A program made the position numbers and the translations under genes. A DNA stretch of 64,000 nt from Octopus sinensis (Eukaryota): positions 72,168,001 to 72,232,000 of the forward strand of contig NC_042997.1 in NCBI RefSeq assembly GCF_006345805.1, in the 5' to 3' direction. Below, piece by piece: positions 1 to 12,044 of this stretch. Under the pieces are notes generated by a model. The model did no database searches, was not told the origin of the DNA, and was given only the letters and a program-made list of their open reading frames with translations. Every line of letters starts with the position of its first letter. Position 1 is the first letter of the stretch.

Positions 1-59
1 ATGTGATGAGTTGAAACTTAGCATCTAGTACATGCGTGCTTCAGTTATCACATCATATT

Positions 60-960
60 CTTTCAATATGCTTCCGACCGACACTTTCCATTATATCCAA
101 AACAATCTAAATAATCTTAATACCCAAAACTTATGAAAAAACAAACCAATATCCTACAAACCTACAGTGCATAAAACTTGAGCTTCAATAATATCAAAGA
201 CAACGAATATTCATCTGAAAAACAAGCCCCATCCCTTCCCGAAGGACACAATGGCGCTGTTGTAAATACTCCCATGATATTGAAGGTAAGTTATTTATCG
301 ACAAAGTCACAGAGATTGTAAAATCATAAGTTTTGGAAATGTTTGGTATTAGCAAGATAGCCAGTACATGAAATATATTATGAATACACAGAAAACAATT
401 TTGAAGCTATAGACACTCATATAAAAATCTGAATGTTCTGAAGGTTTTCATCTCTACAATCTTTTTCTATATTGCTCTAACTGTTTTCAAACATCCAAAA
501 CTAGAGTAGACTTGCATACAAAAATAAGAATAAATGAATAATTACGCATATGTTTTATATTAATGATCTTGAGTTGTATGCTGCAGATGACAAGCAATTG
601 AAATGCCTTTACGGAGAATAGACGATTTCCGTAAAGTTAGAGAAATGCAGCAAAGCAACCTCAACGGTAAGCAAATTAATAAAAACCATTACCATTATGT
701 TAAACACGGAAGCAAAAACAAGTGAGTGAGACCAAATGCAGAAATATATAGAATTAATGAATTGTATACTGTAAAGAGACACGAACACACCCATATAAAC
801 GAGAAAAGAAGGTTTTAAAAAATGATAAAAAGGTACATTAGATTAATACTTAGAATAAAGCTAAATCTCAAAAACAAAATTAGGTGATACGTATCAATAT
901 TCTACCTGTTCCATCATATTCTTTAAGTGCAAGTTATAAAACTTAGCAAGAGTAGACAGG
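60..960 (+). pseudogene. Heavily degraded RLE-type (R4/Dong-like) non-LTR reverse transcriptase fragment
   Basis: About 550-610 reads F(Y/I)NDLELYAADDKQLKCL, resembling the R4-group LFYMDDLKLY..ND.QL motif, followed by KCSKAT. Multiple stops and frameshifts. Confidence 0.5.
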
Positions 961-1724
961 AAGATAGAATAAAAATAACTGCATTTAGAATATACTAGTT
1001 GAATACCGATACAAAAATAATAGATTAACCACGAATATGGACACGTGTTTCCTGCAACTAGAAAAGTATCATAAAATATATACGAATATATCCAGTAAAG
1101 AAAAGGAAACTAATACAAATAGATACAAAATGCAAAAAAAAAAAGGTAAAAAGACATTCTGCATTCTCTGTTCAAGGAATTCAGTTCAGAACAGTTTCAG
1201 TTCCTCCTGTGCCCTCGAGTAGGTAGCAAGTTCATACCACTGGTTTCTATTGGCTGTGGTTTTCTCTGCATCCGGCCATGTGATACTGGCCCCTCACATG
1301 TCAGTTGTGATTGTTCTTTGTTATGTGGTTTTTGGTCTCTTTCTTTTTCTCTCTGGTGGGGTCCATTTCAAAGCTATTTTCGAATGTTGTTGTACTGGTA
1401 GCCAGAGTATGTGAGGTGCTAGCTTAATCTTCATTCTGAGATACTTTTGCTTAGTGGATTGCGACGACAGCAGTGAGAAGAGTAGACAAACAAAAATCAC
1501 TAAAATAAAAAGAAAGAAAACAAACCTAACGACTCAACACGAAATAAGGTTACAGTATATTATGCTACGACATTTGTATGAAAATCCAGCAATTTGTTTG
1601 ACACTTCAACGTTCCTGCAGGTAATTCGCATATATACTTGTATAATAACGAGTTTTACACGAAGGGGTTATGCAAGAGGACAAAAGAAAAACTACTCTCT
1701 CACCACTCTGTGTGTGTGTGTGTA

Positions 1725-1950
1725 TTATCCAGTTAGAAAACAGAGAAATCTAATGGATGTAAATTAATTTACTAATTAATCAACATATTCACCAACAATT
1801 GTTTCATTTCACAAACAAAATTAAAGCTACAAAACACATATAAATATATAATTTTGTAATTTAAATACCTTGTATGGAAAATCATATGGTGTACAAAAGA
1901 AAATAAGGATTACATTAGGATACATTTGGAATACTTAGAGTATATAGACA
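1725..1950 (-). mobile_element. HHR-bearing repeat family P1 copy with decayed core
   Basis: Reverse complement aligns to 5725-5960. CACC..GAAA CAATTG TT GGTG is retained at 1790-1891 but CTGATGA is mutated to ATATGA. Confidence 0.6.
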
Positions 1951-2018
1951 TTTTTATTATGTATGTATGTATACGTGTGTGTACGCATGCGTTAAAATTA
2001 ATCCTTTTATTTCAATTC

Positions 2019-2043
2019 AATAATAATAATAATAATAATAATG

Positions 2044-2091
<48 letters not shown>

Positions 2092-2185
2092 GTAATAAAA
2101 ATAACAATAATAATAATAATAATAACAACAATAATAATAATAATATAATAATAATAATAATAATAATAACAATAATAATAATAAT

Positions 2186-2260
<75 letters not shown>
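2019..2260 (+). repeat. (AAT)n microsatellite
   Basis: Direct reading; source of spurious poly-N/I/L/Y ORFs. Confidence 0.97.
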
Positions 2261-2264
<4 letters not shown>

Positions 2265-3493
2265 CACGTAACAAGGTGTTAGCTATAAATTCCTTAGCAG
2301 TTCCATTTGTTACTTATAGCTACAATGTGTTGAACTGGAATATGAGTGAAGTAAAGAATATAGATAGAAAAATACGCAAGCTGCTGAGTTGTAATAGGAT
2401 GCACCACCCAAAGGCAGACGTAGATCGCCTTTACCTTCCCAGAGCCCAAGGAGGTCGAGGCCTGATCCAATTTGAACTAGCTTACAAAACAACCACAATT
2501 GGACTGGCCAAATATCTCGAAATATCGAATGACTGGATGCTAAAGCTCGTGGAAAATCACGAGAGACGAAAGAAGCTTCATTCTATCATCAAAGAAAGCA
2601 AAAAATTTGCTATTGATCTCGTGCAGGATACCCAAACTGAACAACCCGAGGGAAGTACGGCAACTATTGTTGCAAAGAAGGTGAAAATGATGGCAATGAA
2701 AAAAGCGCACGAGCAATTCGCTGATAGGTGGGAGGAGAAACCTCTGCACGGCAAATATGTGACCCGCAGCAAACAAGCTGATGTTGACCAGAAGCAAACC
2801 CATCAGTGGCTGCGGAGCTCAGGGCTAAAAGCAGAGAGCGAAGGTTTCATCCTGGCTGCTCAAGACCAAAGCCTATCAACCCGGAACTACCAGGCCAATG
2901 TGATGAAAAATGGAGCAGACCCAAAATGCCGATTCTGCAACGACATGATTGAAACAGTGGACCACCTAATCTCTGGATGTAAAGTCTTAGCACCTGTGGA
3001 GTATAAATTAAGACATGACAGAGTTGGCCAATATCTCCACTGGCTAATAAGTCGGCATTACAATATCAAAACTGCCGACAAGTGGTATAATCACCACCCT
3101 GAGGCTGTAACTGAAGGAGAAAATGTAACCATTCTGTGGGACTTTCCAGTACATACAGACCGAACTATCAAGGCCAATAAACCAGATATTGTTGTGAAAG
3201 ACCAAAACAATAAAGTTTGCTTATTGATCGACATGAGCATCCCCTGTGATCATAATATCTCAGCGAAAGAGTTTGACAAGCTCAGAAAATATAAAGACCT
3301 ACTCATTGAAATTGAGAAAATGTGGCATCTCAAGGCGGTTACAATACCAGTGATCGTAGGAGCACTAGGAATGATCAAGAAGGGAACCGAAAATTATATG
3401 AGAATGATCCCTGGCTTACCATCCCTGCAAGAAGTGCAAAAGATTGTCTTAACTGGTACATCACACGTATTGAGAAGAGCATTGTCGATGTGA
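2261..3493 (+). CDS. C-terminal RT thumb, CCHC zinc finger and RLE domain of a non-LTR retrotransposon (partial, no true start)
   Basis: AINSLAVP, RLYLPRAQGGRGL, CRFC..ETVDHLISGC, RHD, KPDIVV..D..P, K..KY and IPVIVGALG motifs in the 405-aa ORF. Confidence 0.88.
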
Positions 3494-3681
3494 GAACTGT
3501 TGCTGCTCATGTATTTTAATTTAACTTTAAAAAAATTTTTTAAAATAAAAATAAAAAAAATGAACGAACTACTGAGTTTGGTTTAATGGCCTACCAATAT
3601 ACACTATGAGTTTCTTTGCCCTAGGAGTCGGGAAGACACTCGGCAAGAAATGGAAGAAAATTTGAAAGAAGAAAAAAAAAG
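2261..3681 (+). mobile_element. 5'-truncated R4/Dong-like non-LTR retrotransposon with restriction-like endonuclease, flanked by (AAT)n
   Basis: Uninterrupted ORF to 3493, ~190-bp 3' UTR ending in an A-rich run that merges into (AAT)n; 5' junction lies directly in (AAT)n. Confidence 0.88.
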
Positions 3682-3883
3682 TAATAATAATAATAATAAT
3701 AACAACAACAACAACAACAATAATAATAATAATAACAATAATAATAATAATATTAATAATAATAATAATAATAATAATAATGATGATGATGATGATGATG
3801 ATAATGATAATGATAATGATGATGATAATAATGATAATATTAATAATAATAATAATAACAACAATAATAATAATAATATTATT

Positions 3884-3930
<47 letters not shown>

Positions 3931-3968
3931 TGATGATGATGATAATGATAATGATAATGATAATGATG

Positions 3969-4013
<45 letters not shown>

Positions 4014-4124
4014 TAATAATAATAATGATGATGATGATGATTATGATGATTATGATGATGATGATGATGATGATGATAATGCTAATGATAATGATAATGA
4101 TGGTAATAATAATAATAATAAAAC

Positions 4125-4185
<61 letters not shown>
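3682..4185 (+). repeat. Compound (AAT)n/(GAT)n/(AAC)n microsatellite
   Basis: Direct reading. Confidence 0.97.
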
Positions 4186-4186
<1 letters not shown>

Positions 4187-5198
4187 GCAGCACTCAGAGA
4201 GCGCAAACCTCCACCAAGGCAACACTAACGTCCTCTCAACGATTAACTGGAGATGATTTTTAAAATGAGAATATCTGAAATAAACTCGACTCTTCTCACA
4301 AACGAGAATACTAACAATGAACGCGACCGCTTTCAAAAATTAAGTAAAATAAACGTGAAAATAATCTAGAATCCTTGTCTAGTATCTGATCGATCCCAAT
4401 AGTAGTCATGGAATGTAAAGGTGGGTGTGCAGTGGGAATAGGGACAGTTTTCTCTATGAAGGCCTTTTTTAGTCTATCCACTAATATAGTGCCTTTACGA
4501 CCATTAAGGTCTATAGTGAAAAATTTATCAGAGCGTGAAAAAAAGCGGAAAGGACCTGCATACGATGCTGTTAACGGAGGTTTAACAACGTCATTGCACA
4601 CAAAAACGTGAGTCCAAGAAGTAAAGCTTCCTTCAAGGCAGAGCTAGAAATGCAATTGTCAAGTAGGCAAGAGGTTTTAAACAGGAGCGATATATTCAAA
4701 ATTGGTAAAACTAAAAATCGTCGAGGATAAATTAAATTCATTATCGTTACTGTGTTAGTGTTATTTAATTTCTCAGCGGTTTTGCTGTCGTTTGTTTATG
4801 TAGTTTGATTTGTTTATCCATCAGTTTCTTCTAAGATAGAGACGCGAGTAAAATTAATAACTGAGAAACAGAAATAAAACTCTGGAAACAGCAACGCCGC
4901 CATAATTTACGTGGAAACCATGAGCGTGCTTTCAAGAGAGATAATCAGAGAAAGACTTGAAAGTCAACATAAGATCGTAATACTTCATGTAAAGTAAATA
5001 TAACAAATAATCCAGAATCCTTGTCCAGTACCGGATCGATCCTCAAATCTAATCAGTTCGTGCTAGTCACGAGACCAAACATCTCTGAAAGTTTCATCCG
5101 AATCCATCCAGCGGTTCTTGAAATATCTTGTCAACAGACAAACAAACAAACCCGGATGAAAACAACACCTTCGCCTTCGCTAAGGCAAGAGGTAATAA
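4186..5198 (+). mobile_element. Non-autonomous Helentron-like element (HINE type)
   Basis: Left end GCACTCAGAGAGCGCAAACCTCCACCAAGGC; right end ACCTTC GCCTT cgct AAGGC AAGAGGTAAT hairpin; (ACAA)n internal tract; internal duplication of AATAATCYAGAATCCTTGTCYAGTA. Confidence 0.6.
4405..4600 (-). pseudogene. Ty3/Gypsy integrase C-terminal fragment
   Basis: PPLTASYAGPFRFFSRSDKFFTIDLNGRKGTILVDRLKKAF resembles the Gypsy pol PL.PPY.GPF.V..R..K.F.I...G+..+S.DRLKPA tail. Confidence 0.7.
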
Positions 5199-5486
5199 TC
5201 ATGAATGATAGGTTATATTCTATTCGGGTAAAGTAATATAATGAATAAAATAAAGTAAAAGTGAACTAAAATTTATACTCATGTTTGTACACGCGTGTGT
5301 GTATGTGCTGATGTATATGTATATAAATAAATTAATAAATTAATTTATATATATGCTCGTGCATTGGTATATATGTTTCTTTCTAATTTGTTTCTTTAGA
5401 AGGAAAAGGAAGAAAATTAGAAACGAACATATATGCCAATACACATGCATATTGATGTAGAAACTTTTGACATACATACTTGTTGC

Positions 5487-5537
<51 letters not shown>

Positions 5538-5755
5538 CAATGTACAAACATGTGTATAAATTTTGCTTCACTTTTACTTTCTTTTCTTTATTATATTATT
5601 TTACCCGTATATAATATAACGCATTATTCATGATTATTATTATTGAATTGACATAAAAGGAATAATTTTAACGCATGCGTACACACGCGCTCGCGCGTAT
5701 ACATGCACGCATACTAAACATATATGTATATTCTGTAATCCTTATTGTGTTTGTA

Positions 5756-5858
5756 CACCCTGATGATTTTCCATACAAGGTATTTAAAATTCAAAATTAT
5801 ATATTTATATATGTTTTGTAATTCTAATTTGGGTTGTGAAATGAAACAACTGTAGGTG
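5756..5858 (+). ncRNA. Type I hammerhead ribozyme candidate (family P1) with long stem II insert
   Basis: CACC-CTGATGA-(76 nt)-GAAA-CAACTG-TA-GGTG; stem I CACC/GGTG; stem III palindromic (ACAATTGT) in the 1790-1891 copy. Confidence 0.55.
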
Positions 5859-6018
5859 AAAACGTTGATTAAGCAATAAATTTATTTGTATCCATTAGAT
5901 TTCTCTGTTTTCTAACTCGATAATGGTGTTTGATACTTTACGATATCGTGAATATATATATCAAACCAGTGTATTTTGGATAAATATCCCTATACAAAGT
6001 TTCAATATCCTCATTGTG

Positions 6019-6052
<34 letters not shown>

Positions 6053-6078
6053 TGTGTCTGTGTCTGTGTGCGTGTGTG

Positions 6079-7535
6079 TAGTTTAAAGTTTATTTGCCAA
6101 CGTAAAGTGGCAGTCCTGATTAGGACGAATGTTTCTACTTTTTAGCCCCAGGAAAACATTTCCAGCTAGCTATCGACGCACTAACAGCCTTCTTGCTCTT
6201 CGACCAAGGGAGCTAGTGTCCCCACTCAATTCAAAACGGTATCTGTGTACCAATGGTTTCTGGGTTATTTCTCTTCATCAATACAGAATAATCGCTTGGC
6301 TAGAGATGGCAGCACTAGGTCTTGTTGGAAGTATATACTTTTAAAATGACTTACAGTCACTGATCTTGTAAATAGAAAAAATATTGGTTCTAAATCTCTG
6401 AACGAGAGACATGCAGCAACAGTATTTTAGAGTAAAGTTTATTTGCGAACGTAAAGTGGAAGTCCTGATTAGGTTGAAGCCCGCTGGAGAAGAAGTTATG
6501 GAATGGAAGGTTTATGATAGCTGTGGTTGATGAGAATGGCTCCTTGGTACATCACACGGTCGATAGAATAAATATAAATAGAATAATGCATTTATGTGCC
6601 AGAGGGAAAAAAAGAGACACAACCAGGTAGAATGTTTAAGAGAAGATTTATTGATATGCTAACATGTGTGATTGTGTGTGCATCATATATACAGAATAAT
6701 AGACAGGCTGTCATAAGAACGAGATGCATGCGTGTGTATGTAGGCATAGATGTATACACATTAAGAATATACAAGGATGGTGATGAAGAAGAGACAGTGA
6801 GTCTGTAGCCATCGAAGTGAGGAGTAAGTTCACAGACACAAGAATGATAAATACCAGTTCGTAGTCAATTATACTGTATCAAGAAGTTGCAACGATGATG
6901 CAGAGCCGGAGCGGTACATGTCGTACGTGAAGTTGTGGCTGTGATGCTGCTGCCTGGGTCACTTGGTACAGAAGTTCTCGCAGGTTGTATATTCTATGTT
7001 GGTCCATGGTGAAGTAATTCACGTATAGTGGAGTGTTGGAACCTGGGCGAGTTGCTTGTTGAGCTGCGTACGCAGAGATGTTGACATGAGGACGATGGTG
7101 GTGACGGAGATGGAGGTCGCCGAATGCTGTTGGACGAAGTTGGTGAGTCTCAACGTGGCTGCTGTTGTTTTGTCGCTGGAACTGGCTGTGTCTTGTGTGG
7201 TCAGTAGCTAGGCCTTAAAAGGTCTGGAAGCGAAAGACGTTGAGACGAGAAGCTGGGTTTCTATAAGGAGTTGTAGGCTCAAACTGAGTTGAGAACAGGC
7301 TGTAACACGTGACCTTATTAAGGGGCTTCGATTGGACAAATTGCGCCAATACCAACCAATCAGAGTAGTGGGCACAACGGGGTCCAAAATGCGGCCAAAG
7401 GCTAGCTGTTTGTATGTATGTACATATAATAGAGAGGAGAGGAATTTCACTCAAGTGTACGCTACAATGTTTTCCTGGGGCTAAAAAGTAGTAACATTCG
7501 TCCTAACCAGGGCTGCTACTTTGCGTTGGCAATTA

Positions 7536-7540
<5 letters not shown>
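6079..7540. mobile_element. ~1.46-kb element bounded by ~80-bp inverted repeats, class uncertain
   Basis: 6079-6160 is the reverse complement of 7466-7540 (e.g. CTACTTTTTAGCCCCAGGAAAACATT); partial third copy at ~6430-6475; flanked by (TG)n and (TA)n. Confidence 0.65.
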
Positions 7541-7580
<40 letters not shown>

Positions 7581-7581
7581 A

Positions 7582-7937
7582 TGCGAGCAAAAGAAATAAT
7601 ATTCTTAAGATTATAAAAGTGGAAAAGTACAAGACAAGTTATTACACTTGGTAAAGTTCAGAAGTTATTACATCTAGCAAAGTACAGAAAAAGAAAATTT
7701 TTGCAGCTAGAACAAGAATAACTTTGCAGCGAGAAAATATTAGCTTTTATTAAAACTAAAAATTTTATTACAGGTTATTACTTCTATTAAAAATTTTAAA
7801 AATAACTCAAAATATTTTATCCTTAACTGCAATATTTTAAGTAAAACTTTTCTTGTTCTGTACTTTACCAAATGTAATAACTTGCCCTGTATTTTTCCAG
7901 ATTTATAGTCTTTAGAATATTATTTCTCTTACTCGCA
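7582..7937. mobile_element. MITE-like element with ~80-bp imperfect TIRs
   Basis: TGCGAGCAAAAGAAATAATATTCT... versus ...AGAATATTATTTCTCTTACTCGCA. Confidence 0.65.
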
Positions 7938-8184
7938 GTTTTCCATGTAATCCATGTTTTTTCCAAGTTTTGATATTATGCTAATTAATAATGTATCAAA
8001 TGTGTAAATTTGTGATGTCTACCCTCAAATTTGAGAAACAAGCACTCATAACTATTTTTCTTTTAAAACTTCATTGCATGAGATTGATACCATGAAATTC
8101 CTCTAATTAAGATCTTTCGTTTAAGCTTGATTAAGATATAGTTTGGGAGAGTCATTCTCTTTTAGTGCCTTATTATATAGCACA

Positions 8185-8313
8185 CTCACTCTTTTACTCT
8201 TTTACATGTTTCAGTCATTTGACTGTGGCCATGCTGAAACACCGCCTTTTAATCGAGCACATCGACCCCAGGACTTATTCTTTGTACGCCTACTACTTAT
8301 TCTATCGGTCTCT
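8185..8313 (-). mobile_element. 3' part of tRNA-derived SINE family A
   Basis: Matches 22290-22430 (AGAGACCGATAGAATAAG...CAAATGACTGAAAC..AAAAGAG). Confidence 0.85.
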
Positions 8314-9320
8314 TTTTGCCATAAAGGCATTACAAAGAGTAGCTTGCGTGTTGGACACATACATTGATGAGGTGAATGAGGAAACAAGAATGATATTGAT
8401 GGGAGAAGACAAAAAAATGCCAACCGATTTTCTGCTTCTCAAAAACATTCTTCTTCTTTTTTTTTCCAACAGAAAAAACAAAACGTGGTATTGAACCTCT
8501 CACGACAGTGTTTACAATTATTGGACTTAATAGTCTATTAACATACAATAAGATATTCAATATACAATCAACACTAGTCCATTTACAAATGAGGCGCTGA
8601 GCCTCTTACACTTTATAACACCTCTTTTCAACCTCTTGTCAATTTTCCACCACATCATCGCTTGTGTCCGTGTACTCCACCATCGCCCATGCTTGCTTTA
8701 AAATCAAGGCGGGCTCCGAGTTGGCGTCACCCGGCCATGAGCGATATCCCTCTTTTAGTCCCTCCAGCCTATGTAACACGCGCAACGTTATGACCTCCAC
8801 AGCTATCTGCGGAGGTTATTTGGGATCCCGTGTGAAGGCCAAAGGTACTCCCTTGTAGTGTTCTTCCACCACCTTTTCCACCTCTCCGCCTCTATAAAAG
8901 AAGACCAACAGTTCTTCGTCCTCCGGGTCCGAGGGGGTCAATTCTAACGTTAGCAGCACAATTCCCGCCAATGGTGTCTCCCCACCCCCGCCGGTGGCAC
9001 AACCGACGAGGCTCCGGGACACTCCGGCGCCATGTCTCCGACTGCTAGCAATGTCCCGTTTCTCCACCTCTTCCTCTTTTTATCTTCTCGACTGGGGGAG
9101 GGTGCGTCTTTTCTGTGACCGGGAGATTCGCTTTCCCTCCCTCATCCCCAAGATCCTTCGGTGAGCACCCATTGTTGTTCACCTTCTTCCTTTTGCGGCT
9201 CTTCTTTGAGGAGTTCTCCGTCTTTGAGGATTCCTGTAAATTTCCCTGCAAGTCCCTGCAATCTTCTGCAAGCCCCTGCAAGCTCTTGCAAACCCCTACT
9301 CGCCTTTTGTTTGGATTCAT
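8314..9320 (-). mobile_element. 5'-truncated diverged copy of the ORF1-only retroelement
   Basis: KKSRKRKKVNNNGCSPKD and LLVFFYRGGEVEKVV..PK*PPQIAVEV align to SSKRKRKVGSNGDPPKE and FYVVLFHKGGTVENEI..PEWPSQLAAEV of the 20.5-kb ORF; 3' UTR aligns to 21880-22035. Confidence 0.75.
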
Positions 9321-9696
9321 TTATTTTCTTGTATGCGTGTGTATCTGAGTATCTTCTTTTATTTTGTTTCCATCACACAGTACTGCAAATAAGTAGCCTC
9401 ATACACAACTATACTATGTTATGTCACAATGTCAGTGTAGTAGACTGTACCACTGGCTACAACTACTTTACTATATCTCAATTCTAATTCAAGAGCGCTC
9501 TATTCTGCTTCGACGTTATCTTACTGTATTACGCCATTTTACATTTTACCATATTACAGACCAAACCATACTACACTACAACATGGTAATATGCACACAC
9601 ACACACACACACACATGCACACGCATACACATACACATGCACTTATACATACAAGTACATGCGTATATACATTAATGTACGTGTGATGTAACTCAC

Positions 9697-9798
9697 TTTC
9701 TCATTCTTTCACTCCTTCTGTCTCTGGTGGACGTCGACTCAACGCTGCCATTCATCATGGCATTGTACAAGTTGTTTATCAAGAGGTAAAAGAAAGTG
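9697..9798 (-). other. Candidate 102-bp spliced exon (unassigned)
   Basis: Polypyrimidine-TTAG acceptor, GTGAGT donor, length a multiple of 3, one open frame (TFFYLLINNLYNAMMNGSVESTSTRDRRSERMR). No homology recognised. Confidence 0.25.
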
Positions 9799-10203
9799 CT
9801 AAGGAAGGCAAGCAGTAGGAGTGTTTGCGAGTATGTATGTGTGAGTGCGTGTGTGTGAGTGTGTGTGTGAGTGTGTGTACGTCTGTGTGTGTGTAAATAA
9901 TATCGGTTATTAACCGCAAATACGTTGGTCGACTTTAAAATAAAAAGCAGTCGCCGCTATATTATTTCACTTTTGTACCAAAGCACAGTCATTTCTATGA
10001 AAGCCGTTTTGAGTGTCTTTTTTACTTCTTGCTTGCTCTACCTAGCTACTCATTTAATCATCCGAAATCCCAGGCACTTGCACACATGAGTACACTCACA
10101 CACATACGCGCATGCATAGATACAAACATCATTATGAATATGCATGCATACGTACATACATACAGACAGACATATATACATTTGTGTGTATATGTATATA
10201 TAA

Positions 10204-10265
<62 letters not shown>

Positions 10266-10417
10266 GATAGATAGATAGATAGATAGATGATGGGTGGATG
10301 GAGGGATGGATGGATGGATATATATATATATATATATAGAGGGAGAGAGAGAGAGAGAGAGAGAGAGATCCAATCTCTATATATTTATCTATCCATCCAG
10401 CTATCTATCTATCTATC

Positions 10418-10486
<69 letters not shown>

Positions 10487-10490
10487 AACT
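10204..10490. repeat. Compound (GATA)n/(GGAT)n/(TA)n/(GA)n/(GACA)n microsatellite
   Basis: Direct reading. Confidence 0.95.
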
Positions 10491-10854
10491 CACACACATA
10501 TAAGGATGCATATGCATACGGTGGGACAGAAATGAAATAGATATTTACGTACAAATCGACAAATAGCTATGAAGTCCTGCGTAAAACAAAACCGGAAGTT
10601 CAAAAAACTCATATAATATAAATAACGGTCTATCCTTTCTTATTGATAAGCAATATGTCTAGCCACCTGACCTCTCATTCATCTGTTCATATAGGCGTTT
10701 TATATGTGTGTGTGTATGTATGTATGTATGTATGTATGTATGTATGTATGTATGTATGTATGTATGTATGTATGTGTGTGTGTGTATGTATGTATGTATG
10801 TATGTATGTATGTATGTATGTAGTATGTATGTATGTATGTGTGTGTGTATGTAT

Positions 10855-11690
10855 GTACAGATTTGTAACGTTTAATGTATGTATTTTCATGCATATAGTT
10901 GCATATCTAGACATGCTCATATATATTTAAATGATAAACTTCTGGAAAGTTTTACAGATTTTTACTGTTCCAGTGATGGATTGGGTCTGTAGCCTTTGAA
11001 TTAGCTTTCTCCTTTCTGGTTTTGAGAAGCCTAACTTCTTAAGATTGGTATTTAGGCAGCGTGTTACATATTCCAGGGCCCCAATAATTACAGGTATAAA
11101 CATGAACTTGTAATCTGGATAGAGTAACTGTAGATTTTAGCATTGATGTTCTCTTTTTCACTGATCTTCAGCTTTATGTTAACATCCACTGGGCAGCTAA
11201 TTTCCACAGCTGTGCACAGTTTCTCTTCTCTATCACAAATCATTATATCAGGTATGTTGTGCTTACATTTTATAAAGGTCTTCGCTGGTACATTCCGCCA
11301 GTATTCCTTTTTATTATGAGTGGCTATGCCTTCTACCATATTATGGGTTCTTATTTCTTTGTCGCTAGGATTATCCTTCCGACGGATTTCCTTATAGAGT
11401 GTCCTAGCTACAACGTCATGTCTCATCGGTAGATAATACCGTGATGACATTTTCGGACAACTGCTTGTGATGTGGGTGATATCTTCAGTATGAACTCCAC
11501 AAAGTTTGCATCGGTTGTCACATTTTATGGCTTTTCCTGCATCTCTATCTCTTTTCTGTATCAGGTACTTGATTGATATTTCCTGTTCCTGGATTGCAAA
11601 CGCATACCCTTCAAAGGGTGAGGTAGTAATCTGTCTACTGGTCCATGATAAACTGTTATGATGATCGATGTTACTATCATCACGGAGCTT
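10855..11690 (-). mobile_element. 5'-truncated RLE-type non-LTR retrotransposon 3' end (second family), flanked by (CATA)n
   Basis: CKLCGVHTEDITHITSSC, RHDVVA, PDIMI..EISCP; after a frameshift IIGALEYV..KICKTFQKFII* ending ~10927; short 3' UTR running into (CATA)n. Confidence 0.8.
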
Positions 11691-11737
11691 ATGTATGTAT
11701 GTGTGTATGTATGCATGCATGTATGTATGTATGTATG

Positions 11738-11771
<34 letters not shown>

Positions 11772-12044
11772 TGTATGTATGTATGTATGTATGTATGTAT
11801 TATGTTTGTGTGTATGTCACTCCTGAGCACTACTGACAGCGCATAACCTATCCCCATCCACTGCAATCGTTAGATGCTCAGGGGTTGCTGTCTAAAGCAC
11901 CATCCTCAACCAGCTATTTAGTGAGTGGCGAGGTTGATGTTTTAGACACACTGCAAAGGGCGGATTAACGGAAAAGAGTCAATGACCATCTGACAATATG
12001 CTAGCACCATAGCATCATAAGTATGAAATAACTACAAAATCGTC

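Noticed and set aside
1926-2282. Poly-N/I/L/Y ORFs, likewise 3604-4228 and the many YI/CV/HT-repeat ORFs
   Set aside because: Translations of microsatellites, not genes.
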